A DNA stretch of 63,350 nt, filler included, from Octopus bimaculoides (GCF_001194135.2; 7 parts of 7 records of this genome joined end to end with filler, not necessarily neighbours in it), one strand, 5' to 3'. Counted from the whole stretch's first letter, positions 42,175-54,124 are shown. Translations and numbers: made by a program. Notes: generated by a model not told the origin, from the letters alone.

Positions 42175-43298
42175 NNNNNNNNNNNNNNNNNNNNNNNNNN
42201 NNNNNNNNNNNNNNNNNNNNNNNNNNNNNNNNNNNNNNNNNNNNNNNNNNNNNNNNNNNNNNNNNNNNNNNNNNNNNNNNNNNNNNNNNNNNNNNNNNNN
42301 NNNNNNNNNNNNNNNNNNNNNNNNNNNNNNNNNNNNNNNNNNNNNNNNNNNNNNNNNNNNNNNNNNNNNNNNNNNNNNNNNNNNNNNNNNNNNNNNNNNN
42401 NNNNNNNNNNNNNNNNNNNNNNNNNNNNNNNNNNNNNNNNNNNNNNNNNNNNNNNNNNNNNNNNNNNNNNNNNNNNNNNNNNNNNNNNNNNNNNNNNNNN
42501 NNNNNNNNNNNNNNNNNNNNNNNNNNNNNNNNNNNNNNNNNNNNNNNNNNNNNNNNNNNNNNNNNNNNNNNGCATGTGTATGTGTATATGCATAATGTGT
42601 ATATATATATATGTGTGTATGTGTATATCTATATATGCGTCTGTTTGTATGTATACATATGTATTTATATATGTATATAGGTATGTATATATATACATAT
42701 CTTTATATTTGTGTATATGCATATATCTGTATGTATATGCATTTGTATATATGTGTGTGTGTGTGTATATGTACATTTGTGTGCGTATATATGTATATAT
42801 ACATGTGTGTATATATGTATATATATATGTGTGTGTATATATGTATATATACATGTATATGCATACATGTATGTATATATGTATATATATATATACATGT
42901 ATATGTGTATATATACATGTGTGTATACATATATGTATATATGTATGCATACACAAACATGTAAGTATGTATGTATGCGGTGATGAAGGACCAAGACATT
43001 GAATGAAAAAGACAGTAGTAGCACAATAAATTTCATAGAATTTACTGGATTCTTTACATGTTTTTTTAATTCTTTCTTTTGTTATTTATCGTTTTTTTTC
43101 TTTCTTTCCTTTTTGATTTTTGTTGTTTAATGGAAAACATCCCAGAATTGATATTGCTGTTGAAATTTATTAGCATTAAAGGATAAATATTTTTGTTCAG
43201 CCCAGCAGAAAATTCAGGAAAAATTAACTTATTATTATTAGTAGTAGTAGTAGCTGTAGTAGTATTACTGTCTTCTTTTTGATTTTTTTTATTGATGA

Positions 43299-43336
<38 letters not shown>

Positions 43337-43793
43337 TTTTAAATTTAACTATTTATTAAAAAGTAAAGGAGAAAAACTACAAACACACACACACATACAT
43401 ATATACACAGAGAGAAAAAGACAGCAACCATATTGAAAACTGTTTGAATTACATAGCTATTATGTATACAGGATTGTATTACCCTCCACTTCACACAAAC
43501 ACCACCACCACCACCTCACCTACACCTACTACAACCCCTACAACCATCCACCTTCTCTTTTTCACTCNNNNNNNNNNNNNNNNNNNNNNNNNNNNNNNNN
43601 NNNNNNNNNNNNNNNNNNNNNNNNNNNNNNNNNNNNNNNNNNNNNNNNNNNNNNNNNNNNNNNNNNNNNNNNNNNNTCTCTCTCTCTCTCTCTGCCACCC
43701 CCTCTCTCTTTTTCTCTCTGTCCTGTTTTCTATAAATTTCTTAGAAATTATTTGATAGATATTAGCATTCCCATTCTGCTGTAGAGAGAAAAG

Positions 43794-43804
43794 CAAAATG
43801 GCGC
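43794..43804 (+). promoter_or_regulatory. YY1-like motif (CAAAATGGCGC), possible promoter/5' exon region
   Basis: Exact match to AANATGGCG, about 90 bp upstream of a consensus donor ACG|GTAAGT (43894). Motif evidence only. Confidence 0.3.
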
Positions 43805-43842
43805 TCTAAATGGTTTCTTTACTGTATTGAAAACTAAACGAG

Positions 43843-43893
43843 ATGTCTTTGATCTCTGCAATATCTTGTAATTTCCGTAGACAAGCATTGACG
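43843..43893 (+). other. Candidate 51-nt coding exon (MSLISAISCNFRRQALT)
   Basis: ATG at 43843, 17 open codons, then a phase-0 donor GTAAGT. No homology recognised with confidence. Confidence 0.3.
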
Positions 43894-44993
43894 GTAAGTC
43901 CTTCTGTTTGATTTAGTGTGCCTTTAGAATACCAAATGTTTTAGACTTTCACTGATCCATTACATTAACAATTTTCACTTCCTGCTTTAATTTAGATCTT
44001 GTGGGGGATTATTTTTTTCATAATTCATATTTATATATTTTTCATTTACTTTTTTTTTTCTATATATATATTTTCTGCAGTTTTCTTTTTAATATTTTAA
44101 AATTTATTTCATTCTTCATCTATGTTTAATATCAGTCGAACATATTCTCTTATCCCCTTCCCCACCTTCACTTCCTCATTACCTTCCACTCCTCCTACTT
44201 TATCTTGTGCATCATTCCTTTACTCTTTCTCTCTCCCCCTCTCACACCTCTCTTTTGCACTTCTCCTCTCATACATTTGTGATTTCTATTTGCCAGCATC
44301 TCACTTCTACCCTTCCTGCCATTCAACAACTCTCTATAACAGTTGCTATGAGTGTATGTGTGTGTCTCCAAACATTTACATGTGAGTGCATACTCAAATT
44401 CATAAATGTGTATGTAATTAGTAAGCCCAGAAAGCACGTGCCCCGTGGCAGTCGAAATGCAGCAGTAATGTTACTGGTGAGATGAGAGAGTAAGTGAAAC
44501 ATTTGTACATCATGTGAGACAAATAATCATGAAACTTAGACCAATTCCTCTCTTTTACTTACCTATCTAACTTTGTTCTCCCATCCTTCAAAAAGTTTGC
44601 ATTTACTCACACCATAGTGAACACTGACTCTGTTACCTCCCATACTGTGGGAGTTTCATCACCCATTCTTAAGTATTTTTAGTTTTTACAAACCTCAATG
44701 CAGTATCTACTGGATCTACTATCCACATGACAGCAACCATGATCCTTACCCATCATGCAATATCCTTGCATCTTGTTACTCATAATACAGATGCTGTGAA
44801 GCAGTCTTAGTTGTATTACCCACAACGCTGTGCTGTTATTGACTACAAAAAGCTTTTAACCGATAAACTAATGCTAATTTGTATAGTGTAACTTGGATCA
44901 AGTTTCTGCTGTATACATAGCACCCACTACACCATATCTATTACATTATTACATATCTCCCTTATATGAACATATATTCCTCATTTTCATGCT

Positions 44994-45046
<53 letters not shown>

Positions 45047-45632
45047 TATTATTAAAACTGCAAAAGCATCTCAAAAATATCACAAAAAATCTGCTACTCA
45101 GAGTTTCACGTTCCCATTCGTCAGACAGAAAAAATGCAGAAAATATACAACTGCTCAATGAACAGGAATGTGAAACTCTGAGTAGCAGTTTTTTTTTGTA
45201 ATGTTTTTGCAGCTTTAATAGTAAAGCATATTACTCTGCCTCTGGTATTCGAGTACTCTTTTTTCCCACCTTGTTTCACATTTATGTGCTTACTCTTGTA
45301 TATATTTCTGCTCTAATGACCTTCCATGTTTGTTTTTGTTTGGTTTCCTTGTATGTCTCCGCTGTCCTGTTTTTGTTCCCAGCTTTGACCCTCCATAAAT
45401 CCCATATTTTATTTTGGTGCTTATTGGAGCAGCTGTCTTCAAAGACTCATTTTGTTGTTCGGTGCTCGAAATTAGGAGTAGATAGATAGCCAACAACTGA
45501 TGAAGGGTCGTTCTTTATGTTACTTGTCTTATTTTCCATTTGTTTCTTTTGTTATTTGCGTATTGAACTCATTTGCTTTCTTATTTCATGTTGTTTACTG
45601 TTGGTGACGTCCTGTACCCATTTATGCATGTC

Positions 45633-45663
<31 letters not shown>

Positions 45664-45719
45664 GTTTATGTACATATACATGTTTATATACATGCACACA
45701 TGTTTATGTAAATATACAT

Positions 45720-45750
<31 letters not shown>

Positions 45751-45753
<3 letters not shown>

Positions 45754-46063
45754 TTATTAATATTTCTAAGTCTCTCTAAAGGAGACTACGGCAGCGGTAC
45801 TGGAAATTAATAGTTATCGCCAAGCCAACATGGCAGTCCCAAAATTAGGACGAAAGCTGCCGTGAATTAGCTCCAAGAAGCCATCGCCTCTAGCTAGCTA
45901 TGTGACACACGAAACCTGTGTCCTTTATAACCTTCGAACAGGGGAGGTCAGCAGTGTCCCCCTGCCGGTTTGGCATCTGCAGACTAGACTAGTTTCAGGG
46001 TGTTGCCCCTTGTCAATGCAGAGTAGCCAAGCCTTAGCCAGGCGGCGCTGCTGACTATCTATA
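45751..46063. repeat. 313-bp GC-enriched, self-complementary element in (TA)n, copy 1
   Basis: Identical by eye to 46548-46860 (offset 797) across an N gap; contains several internal stems. Confidence 0.8.
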
Positions 46064-46516
46064 NNNNNNNNNNNNNNNNNNNNNNNNNNNNNNNNNNNNN
46101 NNNNNNNNNNNNNNNNNNNNNNNNNNNNNNNNNNNNNNNNNNNNNNNNNNNNNNNNNNNNNNNNNNNNNNNNNNNNNNNNNNNNNNNNNNNNNNNNNNNN
46201 NNNNNNNNNNNNNNNNNNNNNNNNNNNNNNNNNNNNNNNNNNNNNNNNNNNNNNNNNNNNNNNNNNNNNNNNNNNNNNNNNNNNNNNNNNNNNNNNNNNN
46301 NNNNNNNNNNNNNNNNNNNNNNNNNNNNNNNNNNNNNNNNNNNNNNNNNNNNNNNNNNNNNNNNNNNNNNNNNNNNNNNNNNNNNNNNNNNNNNNNNNNN
46401 NNNNNNNNNNNNNNNNNNNNNNNNNNNNNNNNNNNNNNNNNNNNNNNNNNNNNNNNNNNNNNNNNNNNNNNNNNNNNNNNNNNNNNNNNNNNNNNNNNNN
46501 NNNNNAATATATACAT

Positions 46517-46547
<31 letters not shown>

Positions 46548-46550
<3 letters not shown>

Positions 46551-46860
46551 TTATTAATATTTCTAAGTCTCTCTAAAGGAGACTACGGCAGCGGTACTGG
46601 AAATTAATAGTTATCGCCAAGCCAACATGGCAGTCCCAAAATTAGGACGAAAGCTGCCGTGAATTAGCTCCAAGAAGCCATCGCCTCTAGCTAGCTATGT
46701 GACACACGAAACCTGTGTCCTTTATAACCTTCGAACAGGGGAGGTCAGCAGTGTCCCCCTGCCGGTTTGGCATCTGCAGACTAGACTAGTTTCAGGGTGT
46801 TGCCCCTTGTCAATGCAGAGTAGCCAAGCCTTAGCCAGGCGGCGCTGCTGACTATCTATA
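46548..46860. repeat. Copy 2 of the 313-bp element (probable gap-flank overlap artefact or tandem array)
   Basis: Same sequence, and the same 27-nt TA run upstream, as copy 1. Confidence 0.8.
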
Positions 46861-47157
46861 TATATATATATATATATATACCTGTAACTGTTTCTGCTTG
46901 CACTTGACCTACATAGACAAACTTTCTTTCTCTCATATGCACATATTTATGTATGCTCTTCTCCCCCCCCTCTCTCTCTCCTTAGCACATGCACTGTTGT
47001 ATCATTTATATGCATATATATATACATATACACTCGCATATAAGATCTACCTATCACGTTTTCTCCTGATCCTCTCATTCACACGCATAGCTTCTCTTTC
47101 TCTGATATCTATACCCATGTACACATACAAACCGTCAGACACTCATGCACTTGTATG

Positions 47158-47196
<39 letters not shown>

Positions 47197-47803
47197 TTTT
47201 CTTTCCTGCCTCTGAGACATCTAATTACAGAGAGAAGACATTATAGCAACAGTAATTCTTATTGGTAATATTGTGTGTCGAGGAGGGTGGAGGACAGAAT
47301 CCTAGAAAATCTGTCTGTAATATCTTGAGGATAACAGAACAGTCCGTTCTCTTTCTCTCTCTCTCTCTCTCTCTTCCCCCCCCCCTCTCTCTCTCCGTTA
47401 ATTAAACTGATCTCCAGGCTATCAGACCTTCTGAACTTCACACAACACCTTCTTCTCCATAACACTCACATAACTGTCTACCAATACTGATTCACTAATA
47501 CTATTTTAGCTGTTGTTGTCGTCGTTGTTCTCTTTTTTATTACTGTCTGCTCTCTTTTTTTTTCCTGCTTTCTTTTACGGTGTTTTTTTCTTCTTTTTTT
47601 TTGTTTTTTGTTGTTTTTTTTTCTCTTTAGGTGGTGATGGTGTCGGGGGTGGGGGTTGGGGTTGGGTTTAAGGATTTCTTAGTTGGTATTGTTGTTGTTC
47701 GTAATCTTTTGTTTTCACTCAGTCTGGGAATCTTGTTCTTGGTCCGACTCTTTATTGTTTATTCATTGTGTTAGCTCACCCACTACCTCTTACAATCTCT
47801 CTC

Positions 47804-47834
<31 letters not shown>

Positions 47835-47879
47835 TTCCCCTTCCCGATACATACATACAATATTATGGACACACACATG

Positions 47880-47923
<44 letters not shown>

Positions 47924-48955
47924 TTGTTGCCTTTCACACACTCTTTTTTTGTTTATTGTAAATGTATATTGTCTTTCAATAACACAGGAACTCTATTAAG
48001 ATTAATGTTCATACTAGTTCTCTCTTCCTATATTACCCGCACCCACTCCCACATTTACATATATGCACATATTTCATAGCAATTTTTTTCCCATCATTGC
48101 CAAGATTGGAAAAATCATATTTTTTCATAGGAGTCATAAAGAACGAATTGTGAGGACACCAACTAAAACATGTCTTTAATGAAGATTGAGCGCCAGACAT
48201 TTTGTATTCTGACTTCAAACCTCCAGACTGCACTAGGTTTTTAATTCCACCACATGTCTGTGAAATGCTCTTTATTTAACCTACTCCGATTCGAGAGATA
48301 ATATATACAATAAACTCTACTTAACTACTGATCGTTTGAAATATAAGGGTTAAGAATGTAAGCAAAACGTTGCAGCTGAAACTATGTTGCTTGATTTTGT
48401 TGTATCGAACATGTAGAAATTAATACTTGGCTTTAGCTGAATGTTTTACTAATGACTAGACATGACAGTATTCTGTTGTTAAACATTGCATTATGCATTA
48501 CCAGCTCTGTCCTTATGTTGTAATATAGAAGAGGAAGAGCAGGGAGTTAACAGGTTTAAACAATAACAAGATGAAGGAGAGAAACTGCTCTTGAAGCTAG
48601 AGCCTGTTGTGTGATACAGAGAATATGTGTTAGATATTAAATTAGGATTAATACCAAACTAAAAATTATACCACATACTGTTATGTAAAAGATGCGGATT
48701 AGCAATTAAAGTTGCTAATTAAACTATAATTAGTTTGTTTAATTAGCAATTAAAGTTGCTAATAAAACAAACTAAATACCACTGAGCTAATATTGACACG
48801 TAGTGTTCATCATGTAATCATCAGCAGCATTTTATATTTGCTTTTCTCTGCTGATATGAGTTGGACAGTTTTTGTTTTTGCTCACTTGTTGTGCTTCCCA
48901 GGGACACGATGTGCGTTTTCTAAAACTAGGAGACATGAGGTGTGTTGAACACATC

Positions 48956-49344
48956 TCTTTTACTCTTTTACTTGTTTCAGGCCTTTGACTGCGGCCATGC
49001 TGGAGCACCGCCTTTAGTTGAGCAAATTGACCCCAGAACTTATTCTTTGGATGCCTAGTACTTATTCTATTGGTCTCTTTTGCTGAACCGCTAAGTTACG
49101 GGGACATAAATACACCAGCATCGGTTGTCAAGCGATGTTGGGGGGACAAACACAGACATATACACATATATACATATATATGACGGGCTTCTTTCAGTTT
49201 CCATCTACCAAATCCACTCACAAGGCTTTGGTTGGCCCAAGGCTATAGTAGAAGACACTTGTCCAAGGTGCCACGCAGTGGGAATGAACCCTGAACCATG
49301 TGGTTGGTAAGCAAGCTACTTACCACACTGCCACTCCTGCGCCT
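48956..49344 (-). mobile_element. tRNA-derived SINE (family 1), near full length
   Basis: Minus-strand head AGGCGCAGGAGTGGCAGTGTGGTAAG (A box) ... AGGGTTCATTCCCACTG (B box-like), internal (TA/CA) tract, AAGTAAAAGAGTAAAGAG tail; several related copies in the window. Confidence 0.8.
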
Positions 49345-49859
49345 ATGTCACAAGGCTTCAAATTTTGAGGAAGGGATATAGTTTTAACCTTGCTGAGGGA
49401 GAGAAAGCCATGGCTACTTTTGGTAGGATTCTAACTTGGAACATAGAATAGTGCAGTTAAATACCACAAGGTATTTTATCTGCCATCCATTGTATTTTAA
49501 ACTAATTTAACTTTACTTTTTGCTATTTGTGTATATATGCTTGAATATATTTCTTTATATCTAAATACTGTAAGATTACCAGAGTATACATTTCTTACTC
49601 CTTATCTCTCTCTTTGGAGAGGGATGCCATCTTGGGGCATGGTGGGCAGAAATTTGATGCCAGTCAATAATAATGATGATAATAATAATAATGGTTTCTG
49701 AATTTTGAGGGGAGGAGTTAATTGGTGCTTAATTTTATTAGTCCCAAAAAGTGGAATGGTTGAAGTTAATTTTGGAAGGATTTAAGCTCAGAGCTAAGAG
49801 AGATGGAACAAATGCCATAAGCTATTGTTTTCTGAATACTCTAACAATTCTGCCAAAGC

Positions 49860-49889
<30 letters not shown>

Positions 49890-49900
<11 letters not shown>

Positions 49901-50570
49901 TCTTTCTATTGTAGGCACTAGGCCTGAAATTTTGAGTGAAGGGCTAGTTGATTTCATCAACCCCAGTGTTAGACTAGCACTTATTTTATCGACCCCCTAA
50001 AGCAGGGATAAGCAACTTTTCGTCAATTGGGGGCCCGCATCGTACCATTTCCGAGTGGGAGAGGATCACATGATAAAACACATATACATGAAATATTACT
50101 TGCCCACTTTACTCTGAATTTTTTGCAGTTCTTAATTTTATTTGTCTCTGTATGAAAGTTTACATTAAGCTGGCATCTCTTTCATTATTTCGTAATGATA
50201 ATAATGATGATTACTAGTGTGAATAAATTATAGTTTAAAATATTGAGGTAAAAAAGAAAGAAAATTCATTGATCTTTTATTAAAGAACAAATTTCATTGT
50301 CTGTATCAATGAGATTTTTGCACATTCGTTCTTTTCCATATTTTCAATATTAGGTAGAAATTGAGATGTCGCTACTTTTAGGTTATGCCGCAAATTAGTA
50401 ACCTAGAAACTCGTCAAGGACCACACAGCAACATGTCAAGGGCCACATGCGGCCCATGGGCTGCAGGTTGCCTATGCATGCCCTAAAGGATGAAAGGCAA
50501 AGTCAACTTCTGCAGAATTTGACCTAAAGGACAACCAAATGCAAGGCATTTTTGTCTGATGCTTTACAAT
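49890..50570 (-). mobile_element. SINE family 2 split by a hAT insertion
   Basis: 49890-50002 and 50481-50570 join into the reverse complement of the 29021-29245 family once 50003-50480 and one TSD are removed. Confidence 0.65.
50003..50480. mobile_element. Non-autonomous hAT element (MITE), 478 bp
   Basis: 8-bp TSD CCCTAAAG (49995-50002 and 50481-50488). Imperfect TIRs: CAGGGATAAGCAACTT versus the reverse-complemented right end CATGCATAGGCAACCT (12/16). GGGCCC/GCGGCCC subterminal motifs. Confidence 0.8.
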
Positions 50571-50635
50571 TTCTGCCAATCTTCCACCATTTCGTCTGAC
50601 ATCATGCTGCTGCTGTGTAGATGATGATGATGCTC

Positions 50636-50682
<47 letters not shown>

Positions 50683-50982
50683 TAATAACAACAAAAATAA
50701 TGTTGAGGTGGAGCAAATTGCAAGTCAAGAATGTGAAAATTCTACAATAGTAAGTCTTGAATTATTAAAATGTTGATTAATCCCAAGTTAACCCTAACGA
50801 AGCAGACAGGCCTATAATCAAAACCCAGTCTAGCCATATATATATAGACTTTTCTTTTTCTCATGCACATTCTATGTCCTCACCTTTTCTAAGATGGTAT
50901 AAGGTGATATGAGGGAAATTTGGCTGCTATTTCTAGCAGATCAACTAACCATTTAGACGCTTCCCTTTGTGCATATGTGCAT

Positions 50983-51082
50983 NNNNNNNNNNNNNNNNNN
51001 NNNNNNNNNNNNNNNNNNNNNNNNNNTTAATTAATTAANNNNNNNNNNNNNNNNNNNNNNNNNNNNNNNNNNNNNNNNNNNN
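50983..51082. other. Artificial scaffold-join spacer
   Basis: 44 N + TTAATTAATTAA (51027-51038) + 44 N. Confidence 0.95.
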
Positions 51083-51131
51083 TATATTATTATTATTATA
51101 TTATTATTATTATTATTACTATTATTAATCA

Positions 51132-51204
51132 GGTCGCTGCCGTGAATCGAACTCGGAACCTTGGGGTTAGTAGCCCGTGCTCTTAACCACTACGCCATAT
51201 GCCC
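51132..51204 (-). pseudogene. tRNA-derived short retroposon / pseudo-tRNA
   Basis: GGGCATATGGCGTAGTGGTTAAGAGCACGGGCTACTAACCCCAAGGTTCCGAGTTCGATTCACGGCAGCGACC. A and B boxes, a partial anticodon arm (loop CTACTAA) and a T-arm are present, but the acceptor stem does not pair. Followed by a (TAA)n tail. Confidence 0.6.
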
Positions 51205-51235
51205 ATAATAATATAATAATAATAATAGTAACATC

Positions 51236-51398
51236 GATAGGAATGAGAACCCAGGTTCGAAATTTCCCCCAAGACACCTGACGAAGGCTGGAGGGTATAT
51301 CAGCCGAAACGTTGTGTTAACAACAAACAAGATGAGGACAAATATCCGTCAAATGTAAATAATGTAAATAATTCCTCATCTCTTAAATATAGAACTGA
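51236..51398 (+). mobile_element. Penelope-like terminal repeat fragment with hammerhead-like core
   Basis: CTGACGA (51278-84), A, stem GGCTG/CAGCC (51286-90/51301-05), GAAAC (51306-10). This CTGANGA...CCGAAAC arrangement is typical of PLE pseudo-LTRs. Confidence 0.45.
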
Positions 51399-51509
51399 AA
51401 AGAGGTAATATTGAGGTATTCGGTTTCTTACCAAAGAGGAATAGGCAATTTGAGAAAGACTTGGCTCCTATTTCTACCAGGTCCAGTACCATATTTTATC
51501 AAAAAAATC

Positions 51510-51815
51510 TTATATGGAGCCCCAAGAGTAATATAGACCCCTGAGGATCATATGGACCTCCAAAAGTAATATGGAACCCCTTGAGGGCAATATGGACCCT
51601 CGACGACTATATGGAACCCCGATGGCAATATGGAACCTCCGATGGCAATATGGAACCCCCGATGGCAATATAGAACCCCCGATGGCAATATAGGTCCCCC
51701 AAGAGCTATAAGCACCTCCCCCAAGGGCTATATGGATCCCCAAGGATAATATGAAACCCTAAAGGCAATATGGACTACCAAGAGCTATATGGACCCCCTA
51801 AGGGCAATATGGACC
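51510..51815. repeat. 19-22 bp minisatellite, about 16 units (consensus ATATGGAACCCCCGATGGCA)
   Basis: Units counted directly; the central copies are most alike. Confidence 0.9.
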
Positions 51816-52054
51816 CGGCTGCAAAGAGATGGTAGGGGGGTGCAAAAATACATGTTAGGTAGCAAACATGGAAACTGACCCTTTAATGGCATCCCTGGGA
51901 ACAATGTGGGCATTTGTAGCAATCCGGCCTCGTTTGAAACTGTTTTCATTTCGAGACTCCTCTCCTACAAGACAAAGAAGACAGGTATAACAAAGAACAA
52001 AAAAGAAAAAAAAAAGGTCAAAACATGTAAAAAAAAAAATTAAAAAAAAAAAAA

Positions 52055-52498
52055 CAGTGCTTTTATGTGGCACATCACTCACCGGTGCTTTTTATGTGGC
52101 ACATCACTCACCAGTGCTTTTTATGTGGCACATCACTCACCGGTGCTTTTTATGCACAGCCAACACCAGTGCTTTTTGTGGAACCAGCACCAATGCTTTT
52201 TATGTGGCGCCATCACCAGTGCTTTTTACGTGGTACCATCACCAGTGCTTTTTTATATGACACCATCACCAGTGCTTTTTATGCGGTACCAACACTGGCA
52301 CATTTTATGTGGCACCAGCATTACTACACACATGATAGGTTTCCAAAACACTTCCCGTTTACCAAATCCACTCACGCGGTTCTGGTTGGTCTGGTGCTAT
52401 CCTAGAAGTCGTTTGCTCAAGGTGTTGTACAGTGAGACTGAACCTGGAATCATGCAATTGCGAAGCAAACTTCTTACCACACAGCCACACTTGTGTCT
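52055..52498 (-). mobile_element. SINE family 1 head (52330-52498) joined to about 10 tandem 24-29 bp units
   Basis: The head matches 49190-49344. The array consensus GTGCTTTTTATGTGGCACCATCACCA (52055-52325) resembles the units at 3545-3760. Confidence 0.65.
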
Positions 52499-53456
52499 TT
52501 AATAAAATGAAATGGGAAATGACAGAGAACTCACAATTTTTGAGGAATCAAAGAAAGTAGAGAAAAAAAAAAAGGAAATGGTTCTAAGTACCGAGCATTC
52601 TCCAAGAAAGACGTCTTCCGGAAGAAACACAAGCCGAGGGGCCAAAAGGATTAGGGATCAGATTTTCTTTCAGCCAATGGTACAGCGACTGGAGAGGCAC
52701 AGTTTGACTGCTCTGAAGAGAGATGGGTAAATAATGAAAAAAAAAAGGTTAAGCAAGTCTTTTGGTGAAAGGGGATACATGGAAGGGTTAGGAGATGTTG
52801 CTAATGCTCAAGGAAACAACAAACACACTGATGGGAGAATGAAACTCACAACTTCACGGTCGTGAGCTGAATACCATAATAATTAAGCCACTAGAAGAAG
52901 AGGAGGAGGAGGAGGAAGAATTGGAAGAGGAAGAAGAAGAAGAAAGGATGAGGAAGAAAGAAGAGAAAAAATAAAGAAAGGNNNNNNNNNNAGAAGAAGA
53001 AGAAGAAGAAATGAAAAAGATAAATGAGGAGAAAAGAGTTGAAAAAGGACTGTAAGGAAGAAGTTGGAAGAATGTGAAAGAGAAAGAGTAAATACCTTTG
53101 AATAGCAAACTTTGGATTTGATTCCTGGAAGTAAGAAAAGGTCTTTGAGATCAATAAAAGTCCTGGAAAAGAAGAAGAAGAAAGAAGAATAAATATATAT
53201 ATGTGAGGGAGATATATTGCTGTGAATGGGTAGTGTGTAAGGTGTTGTTGTGTGTAAGTCAATGAGAGGGTCTGAAGGTGGTTGGTTGATGTGGTAGAAA
53301 CAACAGCTAGTTCTCTCTAGAAATGCAGCATTCCATCTTGAAAGATGTGGGCATGGTGGTGGGGGGGGGAGATGCAGTCTGAGATGCATTGCGGTTGGAA
53401 GAGGAGGAGAAGGAGGCAAAGAAGGAGAGGGAGGGGCAAACAAGGAGAAGGAGGAG

Positions 53457-53556
53457 NNNNNNNNNNNNNNNNNNNNNNNNNNNNNNNNNNNNNNNNNNNN
53501 TTAATTAATTAANNNNNNNNNNNNNNNNNNNNNNNNNNNNNNNNNNNNNNNNNNNN
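53457..53556. other. Artificial scaffold-join spacer
   Basis: 44 N + TTAATTAATTAA (53501-53512) + 44 N. Confidence 0.95.
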
Positions 53557-54022
53557 TATTATTTTCATATAACTGTTCAATATTTATCGATTGAAGCAAA
53601 TTTCTAATGCATCACATGCTACACATTCTTGTTGCTGGGGTGTGTGCAGCCGTTTGTGTTCTTTTCTGCTGTTGGGATTGTGCGAACTCTTCCCGGTACT
53701 GCATTGTGATTTTTTGTTTTACTCTTGAGGTGTGGTGCTGTATTTTGTTGTGTTACAGCTTGTATTGTGTGTTAAGTGTGTAATGCTTTCTTTTTTTTTC
53801 TCGTTTACTGGTGGAAGTTTATTTTATTGGCTAAATGCTGTACGGAGAGCGTTTTTTATTTGGGTGTTGTTTTGTTTAGGTTGTATTATTGGATTGATAG
53901 TGTCTTGTGTAGGATGTGGGCTGTTTCTAACAGGGCTATTTTTGGGACAGTGTGTAGTGTTGAGGTTCTAAGTTTAGTTTCTACATTTTTGTTGATTGTT
54001 ACATTACATTATTATCATTATG

Positions 54023-54110
<88 letters not shown>

Positions 54111-54124
54111 CCATCATTATTTAC

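Noticed and set aside
45830-45870. Stem + GAAA + stem resembling a hammerhead ribozyme
   Set aside because: No CUGANGA before stem II and no NUH at the required position on either strand.
51132-51204. Functional tRNA gene
   Set aside because: The acceptor stem cannot pair, the T-stem has a mismatch, and it ends in a TAA tail; treated as a tRNA-derived retroposon.
51510-52325. Short tandem arrays as CRISPR-like repeats
   Set aside because: No unique spacers, eukaryotic context and no cas genes.
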